A stretch of DNA of 64,000 bases from an uncultured delta proteobacterium (lineage in GTDB: Bacteria; Myxococcota; Myxococcia; Myxococcales; Anaeromyxobacteraceae), in the NCBI GenBank assembly GCA_963814585.1, contig CAWFDF010000014.1, forward strand, positions 448,001 to 512,000, in the 5' to 3' direction. The position numbers were made by a program, and so were the translations under genes. Positions 30,001 to 38,716 of the stretch are shown one piece after another. The notes under the pieces were generated by a model, which saw nothing but the letters and a program-made list of their open reading frames with translations, had not been told where the DNA came from and ran no database searches. Positions within the stretch are counted from its first letter, which is position 1. The number at the start of each line of letters is the position of its first letter.

Positions 30001-30060
30001 GAGCCGGCGAGCCGCGCGGGCCGCCTGGAGCGCGGAGGGGACGACGACGAGGGCGGGCAC
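27037..30060 (-). CDS. addB: AddB-type inactive helicase with PD-(D/E)XK nuclease and Fe-S cysteines
   Basis: RCPFRF, G.LLH.VLE, LQGRIDRVD, VIDYKSG, Q.PLY, CQRCEFGAVC; stop overlaps the addA start. Confidence 0.85.
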   Translation of the reverse strand: MPALVVVPSALQAARAARRLCDAGGGLLFGPTVTTLDALASRLLASAGDRRAVLTPLGERLLAVEAGNEAGGPLAGLQPGSGLAGALAATLSELRRGEVPSGAARLAAGSLPGAAAERLGALARALDAFEARLARLGVLDGPGAARAAAEAVRRGVGVDDGGELELLLLDGFTTLPPGEWSLLEALAARARRTRFQLPLFADAPALSSAAEPLLRRVEALHELSGRRELEVSLSRVDDPARAARPSALLAALSGSPAGGAAVEGELLALAGAGEAGEAALAARTAAAFVAGGVPPSEVVVFAPAPRRSAPLLAAAFAAEGVPFASGRSGALADSPPVAVVLAALGVAGGARDCRTLERLAGSTYLVTSGLGPRLGRWLDAAGALDGRGDPEARLRRRAEALGGPWASREREALGRAADGLASLVARLRPLSGDATAAGHASRLTAFLEGSGLRRQAGQGEAAGASRDLAALSALEETADHLVRALTMLGRSGERLAAVTWRQLLTLAVDRAALRGGREPCGEAVELTAFSEAPGRLARAAILVGCVAGAVPAPAAAEPLLREPERQALNGLLRRGALATAAVRRAEAFHQAACAVAAGRERLAVLWPGPGPSGGGEPSPLLAQALEEAGVALPDPAPAPSLAGSRTDREALLAAAGLARAGGAQDAVAALAGVGLAERASEALAIGAIERERREAVLSGRPSPWAGAISGPGLERLAGELPSEWSAHQLENLARCPFRFLLTTGAGLREAAEAGLDIDARDEGRLLHAVLERWVRGRAERGAWPPAAGPAARAEAREVALAVFGEFERHGKVGDPAVWASRREATLARLTRVVESEASRGGGLTPTLLEHQFGGQSPIPPLELSADGERVRLQGRIDRVDAAPGRLLVIDYKSGNDAGRHQKLLAPEAFGVTSFQVPLYLLAAERALPGRMPAATYLLLRSAEQLEPVVGRPDEPALARSVVEAVRRVRRGTLPIASRDCQRCEFGAVCRFEGEAALLGDPDGEGTP

Positions 30061-30067
30061 GCGAGGC

Positions 30068-30097
30068 ACCCTAGCTGCCGGCCCTGACGAATGACAA
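30068..30097 (-). promoter_or_regulatory. Promoter TTGTCA-N18-TAGGGT, 7 nt before the addB GTG (leaderless)
   Basis: -35 at 30097-30092, -10 at 30073-30068, start at 30060, no SD. Confidence 0.5.
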
Positions 30098-30226
30098 TCC
30101 CCCGCCTTGCCGGGAGCGAGTGGCGCGCGGGATGATCGACCGCGCCGTGGCCGACGCCTCGTCGGCCACGCTGAGCAGAGCCCAGACCCAGGCAAGATGC
30201 CTGGGCCGGGGCACGAGGGAGCCCGC

Positions 30227-30598
30227 ATGCACAAGAGCCGACTCGCCGGCTTCATCATCGACTGCCAGGGACCGGACCTCGACGGCGCCGCCCGCTTCTG
30301 GAGCGGGGCGCTGGGGTTGAAGGAGGCGGGCCGGGAGGGGGACCTCTACGAGCGGCTCGACGCCTCGGCCCGGGACATCCACGTCGAGGTGCAGCGCGTG
30401 GACCACCCGAGCCGGGTGCACCTCGACATCGAGACCGACGATCTCGACGCCGAGGTGGCCCGCCTGGAGGCGCTGGGGGCGCGGCGGGTCGCGTTCGTGC
30501 AGCGCTGGTGGGTGATGGAGGCCCCCACCGGCCAGCGCTTCTGCGTGGTGCGGCACCACGGCTGGGAAGGCAAGGCCGACGTTCACGCCTGGCCGTAG
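30227..30598 (+). CDS. VOC/glyoxalase-like family protein
   Basis: IIDC..D...AARFWS.ALG, RVHLDIETDD..AEV.RLEALGA, W.VM..PTG.RFCVV. Confidence 0.88.
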   Translation: MHKSRLAGFIIDCQGPDLDGAARFWSGALGLKEAGREGDLYERLDASARDIHVEVQRVDHPSRVHLDIETDDLDAEVARLEALGARRVAFVQRWWVMEAPTGQRFCVVRHHGWEGKADVHAWP

Positions 30599-30603
30599 CG
30601 AGG

Positions 30604-31332
30604 CTACCTCAGCCGCGGCCAGAGCAGCCCGGTGCGGGCCCGGTAGGCGCTCCAGCCCGGGTAGCGCGACAGCGAGGCATCCTTGAGCAGCATGTTGGGC
30701 ACGAAGACCGCCCCCCAGACCCAGGCCAGCACCAGCCAGGGGAGCCAGTGGCGGGTCAGCAGCGCGTAGGACCCGTAGATCATCATCTCCCCGAGGTAGT
30801 TGGGGTTGCGGGTGCGCGCGAACATGCCGACGGTGAGGAGCCGCGGCCCCGCCTGCAGCTGGAAGTGCTTCTGGGCGTCGGCCCCCAGCATGGCGGCCAG
30901 CCCCAGGGTGTGCAGGGCGATGGCGCCGGCGAGCAGGGGGGCCCCCGCCTCCGGCCGCGGCCCGAGGACGCCGGAGATCAGCAGCCAGGGTGCCAGCCAG
31001 TAGGGCCCGAGCACCAGGGCCACCGCCAGCAGCGCGCCGCCCACGGTGACCGGCGCGTCGAAGCGGCGGTCGCGGAAGGCGGCGTGTTTCATGAGCCATG
31101 CCAGCCCGTAGCTGCCGTGCAGCGCCAGGTAGACCCAGGCTTCGGTGGAGCCGTTCCGGAAGGCGAGCATCAGGGCGCCCACGAAGAGGGCGGTGCCCCC
31201 CTTCTGCAGGTTGGTCACGGTGGAGAGGCGCAGCGGGCGAGGCCCGCCCAGGAAGTCCTGGCTCAGGGTGCGAGCGAGGTCGCCCAGCCACCGGGCCAGC
31301 GCCGGCGCCTCCCGACGGTCGGTCTCGATCAT
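30604..31332 (-). CDS. DUF1295 / steroid 5-alpha-reductase C-terminal-like membrane protein
   Basis: YLALHGSYG..W..K, ADAQK, G.F..TRNPNYLGE.MIY, K.ASLSRYPGW..Y. Confidence 0.8.
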   Translation of the reverse strand: MIETDRREAPALARWLGDLARTLSQDFLGGPRPLRLSTVTNLQKGGTALFVGALMLAFRNGSTEAWVYLALHGSYGLAWLMKHAAFRDRRFDAPVTVGGALLAVALVLGPYWLAPWLLISGVLGPRPEAGAPLLAGAIALHTLGLAAMLGADAQKHFQLQAGPRLLTVGMFARTRNPNYLGEMMIYGSYALLTRHWLPWLVLAWVWGAVFVPNMLLKDASLSRYPGWSAYRARTGLLWPRLR

Positions 31333-31379
31333 GGTCCCCTTGTAGCGCAGGGCGCCCGGCCTCGCACCAGGGCCGCCAG

Positions 31380-32009
31380 TCAACCGCCGGGCGGCCCGGC
31401 GCCCCGCTCGGACCGCTCCGCGCACCAGGTGGCCGCCTCGGTGAGCGCCCGCCTCACCGCGGCGTTCGCGGCGGCCGCCCCGCCGGCCGGGTCGTCGGAC
31501 GGAGCCGGCTCGACGGCCTCGAGCTCGTGCGTGCCGAGGAGCCGGTGGGCCGCCACGTCGGTCAGCTCGAGCCGCAGCGTGACGCGCACCCGGCTCGGCC
31601 GCTCCGTGAACTCCTGCTGGAGCCGGACCACCTCGCTCTCGAGGCGGAGGCCCGGCACCGACCCCAGGGCCACCTCCGTGACCGCCTGGAACCGCCCGGT
31701 CCGCTCCAGCGCCCTCACCAGCAGCGGGCCCAGCAGGCGGGCCGGCGGCTCCACCCACTGGCTCCGCGCGAAGTACTGGAGCTGGTTGGGCCGCTGCAGG
31801 TACGCCATGCGTGGCCCCTCGAGGCCGGGGCCGGCGCGGGGAGCCGAGACCAGGACCACGGGGCCGGGGCCGGCCACCGGGCCGCCCTCGAAGCGGGGAT
31901 CGATGGTGAAGAGCTCGACCGGCTCGGGCCTCGGCAGCGAGACGCAGGCGCCCAGGGCCAGGGCGGCCAGCGCCGCCGTGAGGCCGATTCGCGTGGCGAG
32001 GTCGCTCAT
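31380..32009 (-). CDS. ABC-transport auxiliary lipoprotein (PqiC-like)
   Basis: Lipobox LGAC; M.Y....L.YFA...W.EPP; last gene of the MCE operon. Confidence 0.85.
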   Translation of the reverse strand: MSDLATRIGLTAALAALALGACVSLPRPEPVELFTIDPRFEGGPVAGPGPVVLVSAPRAGPGLEGPRMAYLQRPNQLQYFARSQWVEPPARLLGPLLVRALERTGRFQAVTEVALGSVPGLRLESEVVRLQQEFTERPSRVRVTLRLELTDVAAHRLLGTHELEAVEPAPSDDPAGGAAAANAAVRRALTEAATWCAERSERGAGPPGG

Positions 32010-32010
32010 C

Positions 32011-32958
32011 TCATTCTCCCGGGCCGGCCGGAGCCGGGGGCCGCCCCTGCAGCAAGACGCCTGGGTTCTGCTCCAGCTCGCGCGAGACCCGGCCCAGCGA
32101 CGCGGTCAGCGTCCGGAGCTCCCCGACCAGGCGCCCGATCTCCGGCATCGCCTGGCCCTCGAGCTGCCTGACCGCGGCGTCGGTCCCGGCCGCCGCGTCC
32201 CGGACGCCGTCGATGGCGGTCCGCGCCGATTGCCCCGCCAGCGCCATCGCATCGGCCATCCGCTCCACCGCGACGGCGGCGCGCTCGACGCGCTCGACGA
32301 GTCGGGGAAGGTCGGCGCTGGCCTGCGCGCCGCTCCTCGACATCACCGCGGTCCCGGCCAGCACCGCCTCGATGTCGGCCGAGTGCCGGGCGAAGGCCTG
32401 CGTCACCTGGCGCAGGTCGGCGACCGAGGCCCGGAGGGTGACGCGGGTGTCCTTGTCCAGCAGGTCGTTGATTCGACGGGTGGTCTCGTCGAGGTTTCCC
32501 AGCAGGGTGGTCCCGGCGGTGTCGAGGCGTCGCATCAGCGACGGCCCGGTGCGGATGACCGGGGCGCCATCGCCCGGCGCCTCCTGGAGCGTCGGGGATC
32601 CGCGGGTGCCGCCGGACAGCTCGATGTAGGCGATCCCGGTCAGCCCCTGCACCCCCAGGATGGCGACGGTGTCCTCCTTCACCGGGGTCCCCTTCTCCAC
32701 CTCCAGGACCAGCCGCACGCGCTCCGGGTTGCCCGGATCGAGCGAGATCTCCCGCACCGAGCCGACCGCGACGCCGCGGCTCTTCACCGGCGCGTGGGGG
32801 TTGAGGCCGGACACCGACTCGGTGAAGTAGGCCAGGTACGTCCCGTACTCCTTCTGGGAGAGCCGGCCCGAGCCGAGCCAGAGCACCGCGGCGATGCCCG
32901 CCGCGCCCAGCACCAGGACGAACGCGCCCACCACCGCCTGGTTCACCCTCGATTCCAT
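32011..32958 (-). CDS. MlaD/MCE family protein
   Basis: VG.FVL TM, ESVSGL....V...GV.VG.V, QGLTG.AYIEL, long helical C-terminus. Confidence 0.9.
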   Translation of the reverse strand: MESRVNQAVVGAFVLVLGAAGIAAVLWLGSGRLSQKEYGTYLAYFTESVSGLNPHAPVKSRGVAVGSVREISLDPGNPERVRLVLEVEKGTPVKEDTVAILGVQGLTGIAYIELSGGTRGSPTLQEAPGDGAPVIRTGPSLMRRLDTAGTTLLGNLDETTRRINDLLDKDTRVTLRASVADLRQVTQAFARHSADIEAVLAGTAVMSRSGAQASADLPRLVERVERAAVAVERMADAMALAGQSARTAIDGVRDAAAGTDAAVRQLEGQAMPEIGRLVGELRTLTASLGRVSRELEQNPGVLLQGRPPAPAGPGE

Positions 32959-33734
32959 GACTGCTCCCTGGCCCGGCGTCCTCGCGGGCCGACGAAGTAC
33001 TCGCGCAGCACGGGGTGCTCGGTCCCCGAGAGCTCCTCCATGGTGCCCACGCCGACCACGCGCCCCTCCGCCATGAACGCCACCCGGTCGGCGACCCGCC
33101 AGAGCAGGTCGAGGTCGTGGGTGACGATCACGATGGTGGGCCCGAGCAGCGCCTTCAGGTGGCGCACCAGGTCGTCGAAGCCGGCGGCGCTGAGGGGGTC
33201 GAGGCCGGCCGTGGGCTCGTCGAGGAAGAGGAGCTCCGGGTCGAGGGCGATGGCCCGCGCCAGCGCGGCGCGCTTCCGCATGCCGCCGGAGAGCTGGGAC
33301 GGATGGAGGGCGCCGGCCTCGGGCGGGAGCCCGGCCAGGGCGATCTTGAGCGCGGCCAGCTGCTCCACCAGCGACCCGCTGAGGCCGGTCTGCTCGCGGA
33401 GGGGGAGGCCGACGTTCTCGGCCACCGTGAGCGCCCCGAAGAGCGCACCGCGCTCGAACATCACGCCACAGCGGCGGCGCAGGGCGAGCGCCGCCTCCTC
33501 GGCGAGGCCGACCACCTCCTGGCCCAGCAGCCGGATGGAGCCGGCGTCGGGCCGGAGCAGGAGGATGATCTCCCGGAGCAGGGTGGACTTGCCGCAGCCG
33601 CTGGCGCCGGCCAGGGCGAAGATCTCCCCGCGCCGCACCTCCAGGTCGACGCCCTGGTGGACCACGGTGCGCCCGAAGCGCGTGTGCAGGCCCTTGACCT
33701 CGAGGACCGGCTCCGCGGGGCGAGCGTCGGCCAT
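32943..33734 (-). CDS. MlaF-type ABC ATP-binding protein
   Basis: GASGCGKS, LSGGMRKRA.LARA, LFLDEPTAGLDP, VTHD. Confidence 0.92.
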   Translation of the reverse strand: MADARPAEPVLEVKGLHTRFGRTVVHQGVDLEVRRGEIFALAGASGCGKSTLLREIILLLRPDAGSIRLLGQEVVGLAEEAALALRRRCGVMFERGALFGALTVAENVGLPLREQTGLSGSLVEQLAALKIALAGLPPEAGALHPSQLSGGMRKRAALARAIALDPELLFLDEPTAGLDPLSAAGFDDLVRHLKALLGPTIVIVTHDLDLLWRVADRVAFMAEGRVVGVGTMEELSGTEHPVLREYFVGPRGRRAREQSWNRG

Positions 33735-33736
33735 GG

Positions 33737-34873
33737 TCAGATCCCCAGCCAGCTGAAGATCACCGAGAACAGCGCGTCCACGACGATGATCGCGAAGATC
33801 GACTGGACCACGCTCACCGTGGTGCGCCGGCCCACGCTCTCGGCGTCGCCGCTGGCCTGGAACCCCTGGTGGCACCCGACCAGCGCGATGACGGACGCGA
33901 ACACCGGCGCCTTGCCGATCCCGACCAGGTAGTCCTTGACGCTGACCGCCTGGGAGAAGCGGTCGAGGAAGTCCTCGAAGCTCACCCCGAGCTCGACGCG
34001 GCCCATGAGCATGCCGCCCGCGACCCCGAGGGCGTCGGCGAAGACGGTGAGGAGGGGGAGCGCGATGGAGAGCGCCAGGATCTTGGGCAGGACCAGGAGC
34101 TCGAGGGGCGCGATCCCGACCGTGCGCAGCGCGTCGATCTCCTCGGTCACCTTCATGGTGCCGATCTCCGCGGCCCAGGCGGAGCCCGAGCGGCCGGCCA
34201 CGACGATGGCGGTGAGCAGGGGGCCGAGCTCCCTGAGCATGGCCAGGCCGACCAGGTCGGCGACGAAGATGTTGGCGCCGTAGCGCGCCAGCTGGGCGGC
34301 TCCCTGGTAGGCGATGACCAGGCCCATGAGGCTGGCGAGCAGGCCCACGATGGGCAGGGCGTCGAACCCTGCCGCCTGGATGGCCTGGAGCACGGCTCGC
34401 CAGCGGATGCGGGATGGCCGGAGCAGCGCGCGGAAGGCCGCCATGGCGCTCTCGCCCAGGAAGGCGAGCATCGCCAGCGCCTGGTCGAGCCAGGCCAGCG
34501 CCCATCGACCCACCCCCTGCCGCAGGCCGGGCCGGCCGGCGGGCGCCGGGGACGGGGAGGCGTGGGCGCGGATCAGCTCGAGCAGCGCCTGGTGCTCCCC
34601 GCGGAGGCGCAGCGCCACCCGTCGGCCCCTCCGCTCGAGCGCCTCGGCGGTGGCGCGCAGCAGCCAGATCCCGGCGGTGTCCATGGCCTCCACCGCGGAG
34701 CAGTCCACCACCACCTCGTCCCCGGCCGGCCAGGCCAGGCCCCGGAGCCTCTGCTCGACGCGGTCGATCTGGTCCACCGTCCAGCGCCCGGAGCAGCGCA
34801 CCACGCCGCCCAGGATCTCGAGCCCGGCGCCCGAGCCGGACGAGACGGCCCTCGATCGACCCCCCGCAGCCAT
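33737..34873 (-). CDS. MlaE-type ABC permease with N-terminal STAS domain
   Basis: MDTAG STAS motif; RELGPLLTAI.VAGRSGS..AAEIGTMKVTEEIDAL; VG..TT.SVV. Confidence 0.92.
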   Translation of the reverse strand: MAAGGRSRAVSSGSGAGLEILGGVVRCSGRWTVDQIDRVEQRLRGLAWPAGDEVVVDCSAVEAMDTAGIWLLRATAEALERRGRRVALRLRGEHQALLELIRAHASPSPAPAGRPGLRQGVGRWALAWLDQALAMLAFLGESAMAAFRALLRPSRIRWRAVLQAIQAAGFDALPIVGLLASLMGLVIAYQGAAQLARYGANIFVADLVGLAMLRELGPLLTAIVVAGRSGSAWAAEIGTMKVTEEIDALRTVGIAPLELLVLPKILALSIALPLLTVFADALGVAGGMLMGRVELGVSFEDFLDRFSQAVSVKDYLVGIGKAPVFASVIALVGCHQGFQASGDAESVGRRTTVSVVQSIFAIIVVDALFSVIFSWLGI

Positions 34874-35052
34874 TCTTCAGCCTCCCGCCCGGGAGGGACG
34901 ACGGTGCGGCCCCCTCCCCCCAACGCGCTCCCGCTCGATAGTACCGATGCGGGAGGGCCGGGAATGGTCGTTGCGGCGCCATGCCGCAGGAGCCACTCGA
35001 GGCGCTCAGGCCTCGAGCCGGCGTGCCGTGGGGGGAGCGGGGACGCCCACGC

Positions 35053-35937
35053 TCACACCAGCCCCTCCCAGCCCTGGTCGCCGGCCCGGAAGGCCGCGCG
35101 CACGGCCTCGATCGCCTCCGGCGGCAGCGGGCCGCGCGCCGCCAGCTCCACGCCGCGGCGCAGGTGCTCGAGCCGGGTGGTGCCGACGATGCAGCAGGAG
35201 ACCCCCGGGGCGTGGGCCGCGAAGCGGAGGGCCAGCTCGTCCTGGTCGAGGCCGGCCAGCTCCAGCCGCATGGCCCGCCAGCGTTCCCAGTAGGTGGCGA
35301 CGTCCTCGCGCTCCGGCCGCCCGGCGTGGCGCCAGGGGGCGTTGGCGAGCGGGCGCTTGGCGATGACCGCGTGGCCGCGCGCCGCCGCCACCGGCACCAC
35401 CGTGTCGAGGCCGCGCTGGTCGCACAGGTTGACCGAGCACTCGATGGCGCCGAAGCGGCCGGACTCGAGCGCGTTCGCCAGCGCGATCCCCTCGCCGGAG
35501 TAGCCGGCCACGCGGAGCTTGCCGGCCCGGCGCGCCTCCTCCAGCGCGCCCAGGATCCCCTCGTCGCGGAGCGGACCGGGGGCGCAGGAATGCAGCAGGA
35601 CGACGTCGATGACATCGGTGCGCAGCGTGGCCAGCGCCTCGTCGATGCCGCGGCGGACGCAGCCGGCCGTCCAGTCGGCCTCGCCGGCCACGCCGTAGCC
35701 CACCTTGGTGGCGAGGACGAACTCGCCGCGGCGGTGGGCCAGGTGGCGGCCGATCCGCGCCTCGGAGAGGCCGTAGGATCGGGCGGTGTCGATGAAGGTC
35801 ACGCCCAGGTCGAGCGCCGAGTTGAGGAGCCGACCCACCTCGGCGTCGTCGAGCCGCCCGTCGCCCAGCTCGCCGGCGCCGAGGCCGAGCGGCGGGACCA
35901 GCAGGCCGGTGGCACCGAGGGGGTGTCGGGCGTCCAC
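35053..35937 (-). CDS. Aldo/keto reductase
   Basis: LG.TGL.V..LGLG, G.TFIDTA.SYG.SE, ATKVG, L.TD.ID...LH, GK.R..G.S. Confidence 0.88.
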   Translation of the reverse strand: MDARHPLGATGLLVPPLGLGAGELGDGRLDDAEVGRLLNSALDLGVTFIDTARSYGLSEARIGRHLAHRRGEFVLATKVGYGVAGEADWTAGCVRRGIDEALATLRTDVIDVVLLHSCAPGPLRDEGILGALEEARRAGKLRVAGYSGEGIALANALESGRFGAIECSVNLCDQRGLDTVVPVAAARGHAVIAKRPLANAPWRHAGRPEREDVATYWERWRAMRLELAGLDQDELALRFAAHAPGVSCCIVGTTRLEHLRRGVELAARGPLPPEAIEAVRAAFRAGDQGWEGLV

Positions 35938-35966
35938 GTGACCCTCGGCGGCGCCCGGAGGCCGGG

Positions 35967-36359
35967 CTACCCCTCGCGGTAGGTGGCCAGCGAGCCCTCG
36001 TTCTCCCAGACGTCGACGCGCGCCACGGTGACCCGCCCGGCCTCGCTGGCCGCCAGCCGCGCCGTCATCTCGTCGTGGAAGTGCTTCGCGATCAGCTCGG
36101 CGGTGGTGTTGAGGACGTCGAACGGCGGGATCTCGTTGACGTTCTGGTGGTCGAAGCGGGCGCCGATCTCGGCCACCAGCCGCTGCAGGTCGGCGAAGTC
36201 GATGACCATGCCGATCTTGTTCAACGTCGCGGCCCGGACGAAGACGCGGATCCGCCAGTTGTGGCCGTGCAGCCGCTCGCACTTCCCGCCGTGGAGGCGG
36301 ATCTGGTGCGCCGCGGAGAAGAGGTAGTCCTTGGAGATCTCGAACACCGGTGAGCCCAT
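35967..36359 (-). CDS. queD: 6-carboxy-5,6,7,8-tetrahydropterin synthase
   Basis: FSAAH, C.RLHGHNW, GMV.DF, DH, T.E..A, V.E. Confidence 0.92.
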   Translation of the reverse strand: MGSPVFEISKDYLFSAAHQIRLHGGKCERLHGHNWRIRVFVRAATLNKIGMVIDFADLQRLVAEIGARFDHQNVNEIPPFDVLNTTAELIAKHFHDEMTARLAASEAGRVTVARVDVWENEGSLATYREG

Positions 36360-36470
36360 GGCGCCGGGCCATATAGCAGAACCGCCGCCGCTGCGCACCC
36401 CGGCGTGACCCTGGCCTGCGAGGGCAGCCAGCCGGCGCCGCCGCAGGGCCTGGCCGGTGCGGTCGGACCC

Positions 36471-37160
36471 TCAGTCGCGCTTCAGCAGCCGGTGGCGGAC
36501 CAGCAGCCGCTTCCCGGCCAGCACCACGTCGCCCCGCCGGGCCAGCTCGGAGAGGGCCCGAGAGACCGTCTCCCGGCTGGTCCCGATGGTGGCGGCGATC
36601 TCCGACTGGGAGGGGCGCTGCCGCAGCACCCGCCCCTCGGCCACCGGCTCTCCCTCGGCCAGGGCCAGGTCGCGCAGTCGCGCCGCCAGCCGCCCCAGCA
36701 CGTCGAGCAGGGCCAGGTCCCCGATGACGGCGTCGGCGCGGCGCAGCCGGCGGGAGAGCTCGGTCATCACCTGGACCGCGACCGCGGGGTGGCGCGCCAG
36801 GTGGGTCTGGAAGTCGGCGCGGGAGAGCAGCACCAGGTCCGAGGGCTCCATGGCGGTGACCGTGGCCGACCGGGGCTCGTCGTCGAGCAGGCTCATCTCG
36901 CCGAAGAAGTCGCCCGGCTCCTTGAAGATGGAGAGGATCACCTCGCGCCCCGACTGGCCGTACAGCACCACCTTCACCTTGCCTCGGGCCAGGACGTAGA
37001 GGGCGTCACCCCGCTCCGCCTCCGAGACGATCACCTCGCCCTCGGCGTAGCGGCGGCGCTTCACCAGCCGCTCCAGCCCGGCCGTGGCCGCCTGGTCGAG
37101 CCCGGCGAAGATGGAGACCGAGCCGAGCAGCCCGGGCGGCGCGCCTCTGGTGTCGGCCAT
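36471..37160 (-). CDS. Crp/Fnr family transcriptional regulator
   Basis: cNMP-binding FFGEMSLLD.EPRSATV; HTH Q.EIA..IGTSRETVSR. Confidence 0.92.
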   Translation of the reverse strand: MADTRGAPPGLLGSVSIFAGLDQAATAGLERLVKRRRYAEGEVIVSEAERGDALYVLARGKVKVVLYGQSGREVILSIFKEPGDFFGEMSLLDDEPRSATVTAMEPSDLVLLSRADFQTHLARHPAVAVQVMTELSRRLRRADAVIGDLALLDVLGRLAARLRDLALAEGEPVAEGRVLRQRPSQSEIAATIGTSRETVSRALSELARRGDVVLAGKRLLVRHRLLKRD

Positions 37161-37167
37161 GCCTTCG

Positions 37168-37196
37168 AAGGTAGGAGGGGCGGCTCGATCGGTCAA
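37168..37196 (-). promoter_or_regulatory. Promoter TTGACC-N17-TACCTT, 7 nt before the Crp-family ATG (leaderless)
   Basis: -35 at 37196-37191 overlapping the thiE stop, -10 at 37173-37168, ATG at 37160. Confidence 0.6.
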
Positions 37197-37822
37197 GGCG
37201 CGGCGGCGGACGCGGCGGCGAGGAGGGCACGGACGACCGCGGCCGGATCGGACCCGGTGAGCCAGGCGCGGAGGACCGCCACCGCGGCGGCGCCGGCCTC
37301 GATGGCCTGCCTCGCCAGGGCCGGCTCGACGCCGCCGAGCGCCACCAGCGGGAGCCCCAGCCGGCTGGCCTGGCGCAGCCGGTCCAGCCCGACCGGCGCG
37401 CCATGGCTGGCCTTGGAGGGCGTCGCCCAGACCGGGCCGAAGGTGGCGTAGTCGGCGCCGCCCTCCCTGGCGCGCTCCACCTCGGCCACCGAGTGGCAGG
37501 AGACGCCGATGCGCGCCGCCGGGCCCAGCAGGCGCCGCGCCGCGGCCGGGCCCACCGCGGTCACCGGCAGGTGGACGCCATCGGCGCCGCAGGCCAGCGC
37601 CACGTCGACCCGCTCGTTGACGAGCAGGAGCTGCCCGCGCGCGTGGCAGAGCTCGACCAGCTCCCGCCCGAGCGCGAGCAGGGCCGCGCCGGAGAGGGCC
37701 TTCTCTCGCAGGTGGACCGCCACCCGACCCGCCTCCAGGCCGCCCAGCACCTCGAGGAGGTGCGCGCGCAGGTCCGGCACCAGCGTGCCGTCCGTGATCA
37801 GGTGGACAACCGGGAGCCCCAT
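37193..37822 (-). CDS. thiE: Thiamine-phosphate synthase / TenI-like TIM barrel
   Basis: LITD, HLREK, VNERVDVA, GVHLP, SCHS, FGPV..T.SK, ALGGV. Confidence 0.78.
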   Translation of the reverse strand: MGLPVVHLITDGTLVPDLRAHLLEVLGGLEAGRVAVHLREKALSGAALLALGRELVELCHARGQLLLVNERVDVALACGADGVHLPVTAVGPAAARRLLGPAARIGVSCHSVAEVERAREGGADYATFGPVWATPSKASHGAPVGLDRLRQASRLGLPLVALGGVEPALARQAIEAGAAAVAVLRAWLTGSDPAAVVRALLAAASAAAP

Positions 37823-37858
37823 GGATAACGTCCGGCATCTTCGCGTCAGGAGGGGGAC

Positions 37859-38665
37859 GTGTCGAGCCCGCTGGCCAGCTTCGTGGAGTTCCTGGAGGCG
37901 CAGCGGCGGCTCCACGGGCCACGATTCCCCGAGGTGCGAGCCGAGAAGGTGCTCACCTTCATGGCCACCAGCAGCCTGGCCGGCACCCACCCCGCCGTCT
38001 CGCTCCACCGCGTCCTCGGGGTGGACGGCACCCCGGACCCGGGCGGCCTGACGGTGCGGCTGCGAGGCCGGCTCCCGCGCGGCCCCAGGCCGGGCGAGTG
38101 CCTCTCCGTCCACCTCACCCGGCTGGAGCAGTACCGCGGGTTCCAGGTGAAGACGCGGCCGCTGCCTCCCCGAGGCGCCGAGGCCGAGCTCCTCACCGAG
38201 GACGGGGATCTCCTCACCGTGAACGGCCACCGCACCTACACCGTCCACCACAGCCCGTACACGCTCCGCTTCTTCGAGGAGATCCCGCTCTCGGAGGTGC
38301 AGGAGGTCGCCACCGGCCTCCCCTTCGCGCTGGTGGCGGTCGCCGAGACCGCCAACCTCTCTCCCCGCTTCGTCTTCCACCACGAGGTGAGCGACGGACG
38401 CGTGGTGCTCTTCCACGGCGACGGGCTGGCGCTCAAGACGGCCATGAACCTGCGGACCAACCCCCAGGAGACCCGCGTGGTGCTCGACCTCGATCGTCCC
38501 GGCGGCTGGCAGCTGCGCGGCACCGTCGAGCCGGTGGCGGCGAAGGCGCACCCGCTGGCCTGGGAGAAGGTCCAGGCCGGATTCCACGGCGGTGGGTGGG
38601 GGCAGCCGTCGAAGGTCTACCGCTTCGTGGCCGACGCGCTGGAGCCGCTGGCGTTCGCGGGCTGA
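37859..38665 (+). CDS. Hypothetical protein with pyridoxamine-5'-phosphate-oxidase-like split-barrel domain(s)
   Basis: NLSPR, KT..NL..NP, GWQLRG..E; N-terminal half has a parallel GFQVK; AGGAGG SD. Confidence 0.65.
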   Translation: MSSPLASFVEFLEAQRRLHGPRFPEVRAEKVLTFMATSSLAGTHPAVSLHRVLGVDGTPDPGGLTVRLRGRLPRGPRPGECLSVHLTRLEQYRGFQVKTRPLPPRGAEAELLTEDGDLLTVNGHRTYTVHHSPYTLRFFEEIPLSEVQEVATGLPFALVAVAETANLSPRFVFHHEVSDGRVVLFHGDGLALKTAMNLRTNPQETRVVLDLDRPGGWQLRGTVEPVAAKAHPLAWEKVQAGFHGGGWGQPSKVYRFVADALEPLAFAG

Positions 38666-38716
38666 CCCGGCACGGCGCGGCGGGATCCCCGTGCCGGACC
38701 CCGTGGGCGGGGCGAC

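Noticed and set aside
38667..38697. Inverted repeat CCGGCACGG...CCGTGCCGG between the convergent PNPOx-like gene and thiG
   Set aside because: May be a weak bidirectional terminator, but it has no U tract and no other copies were noticed; too weak to call
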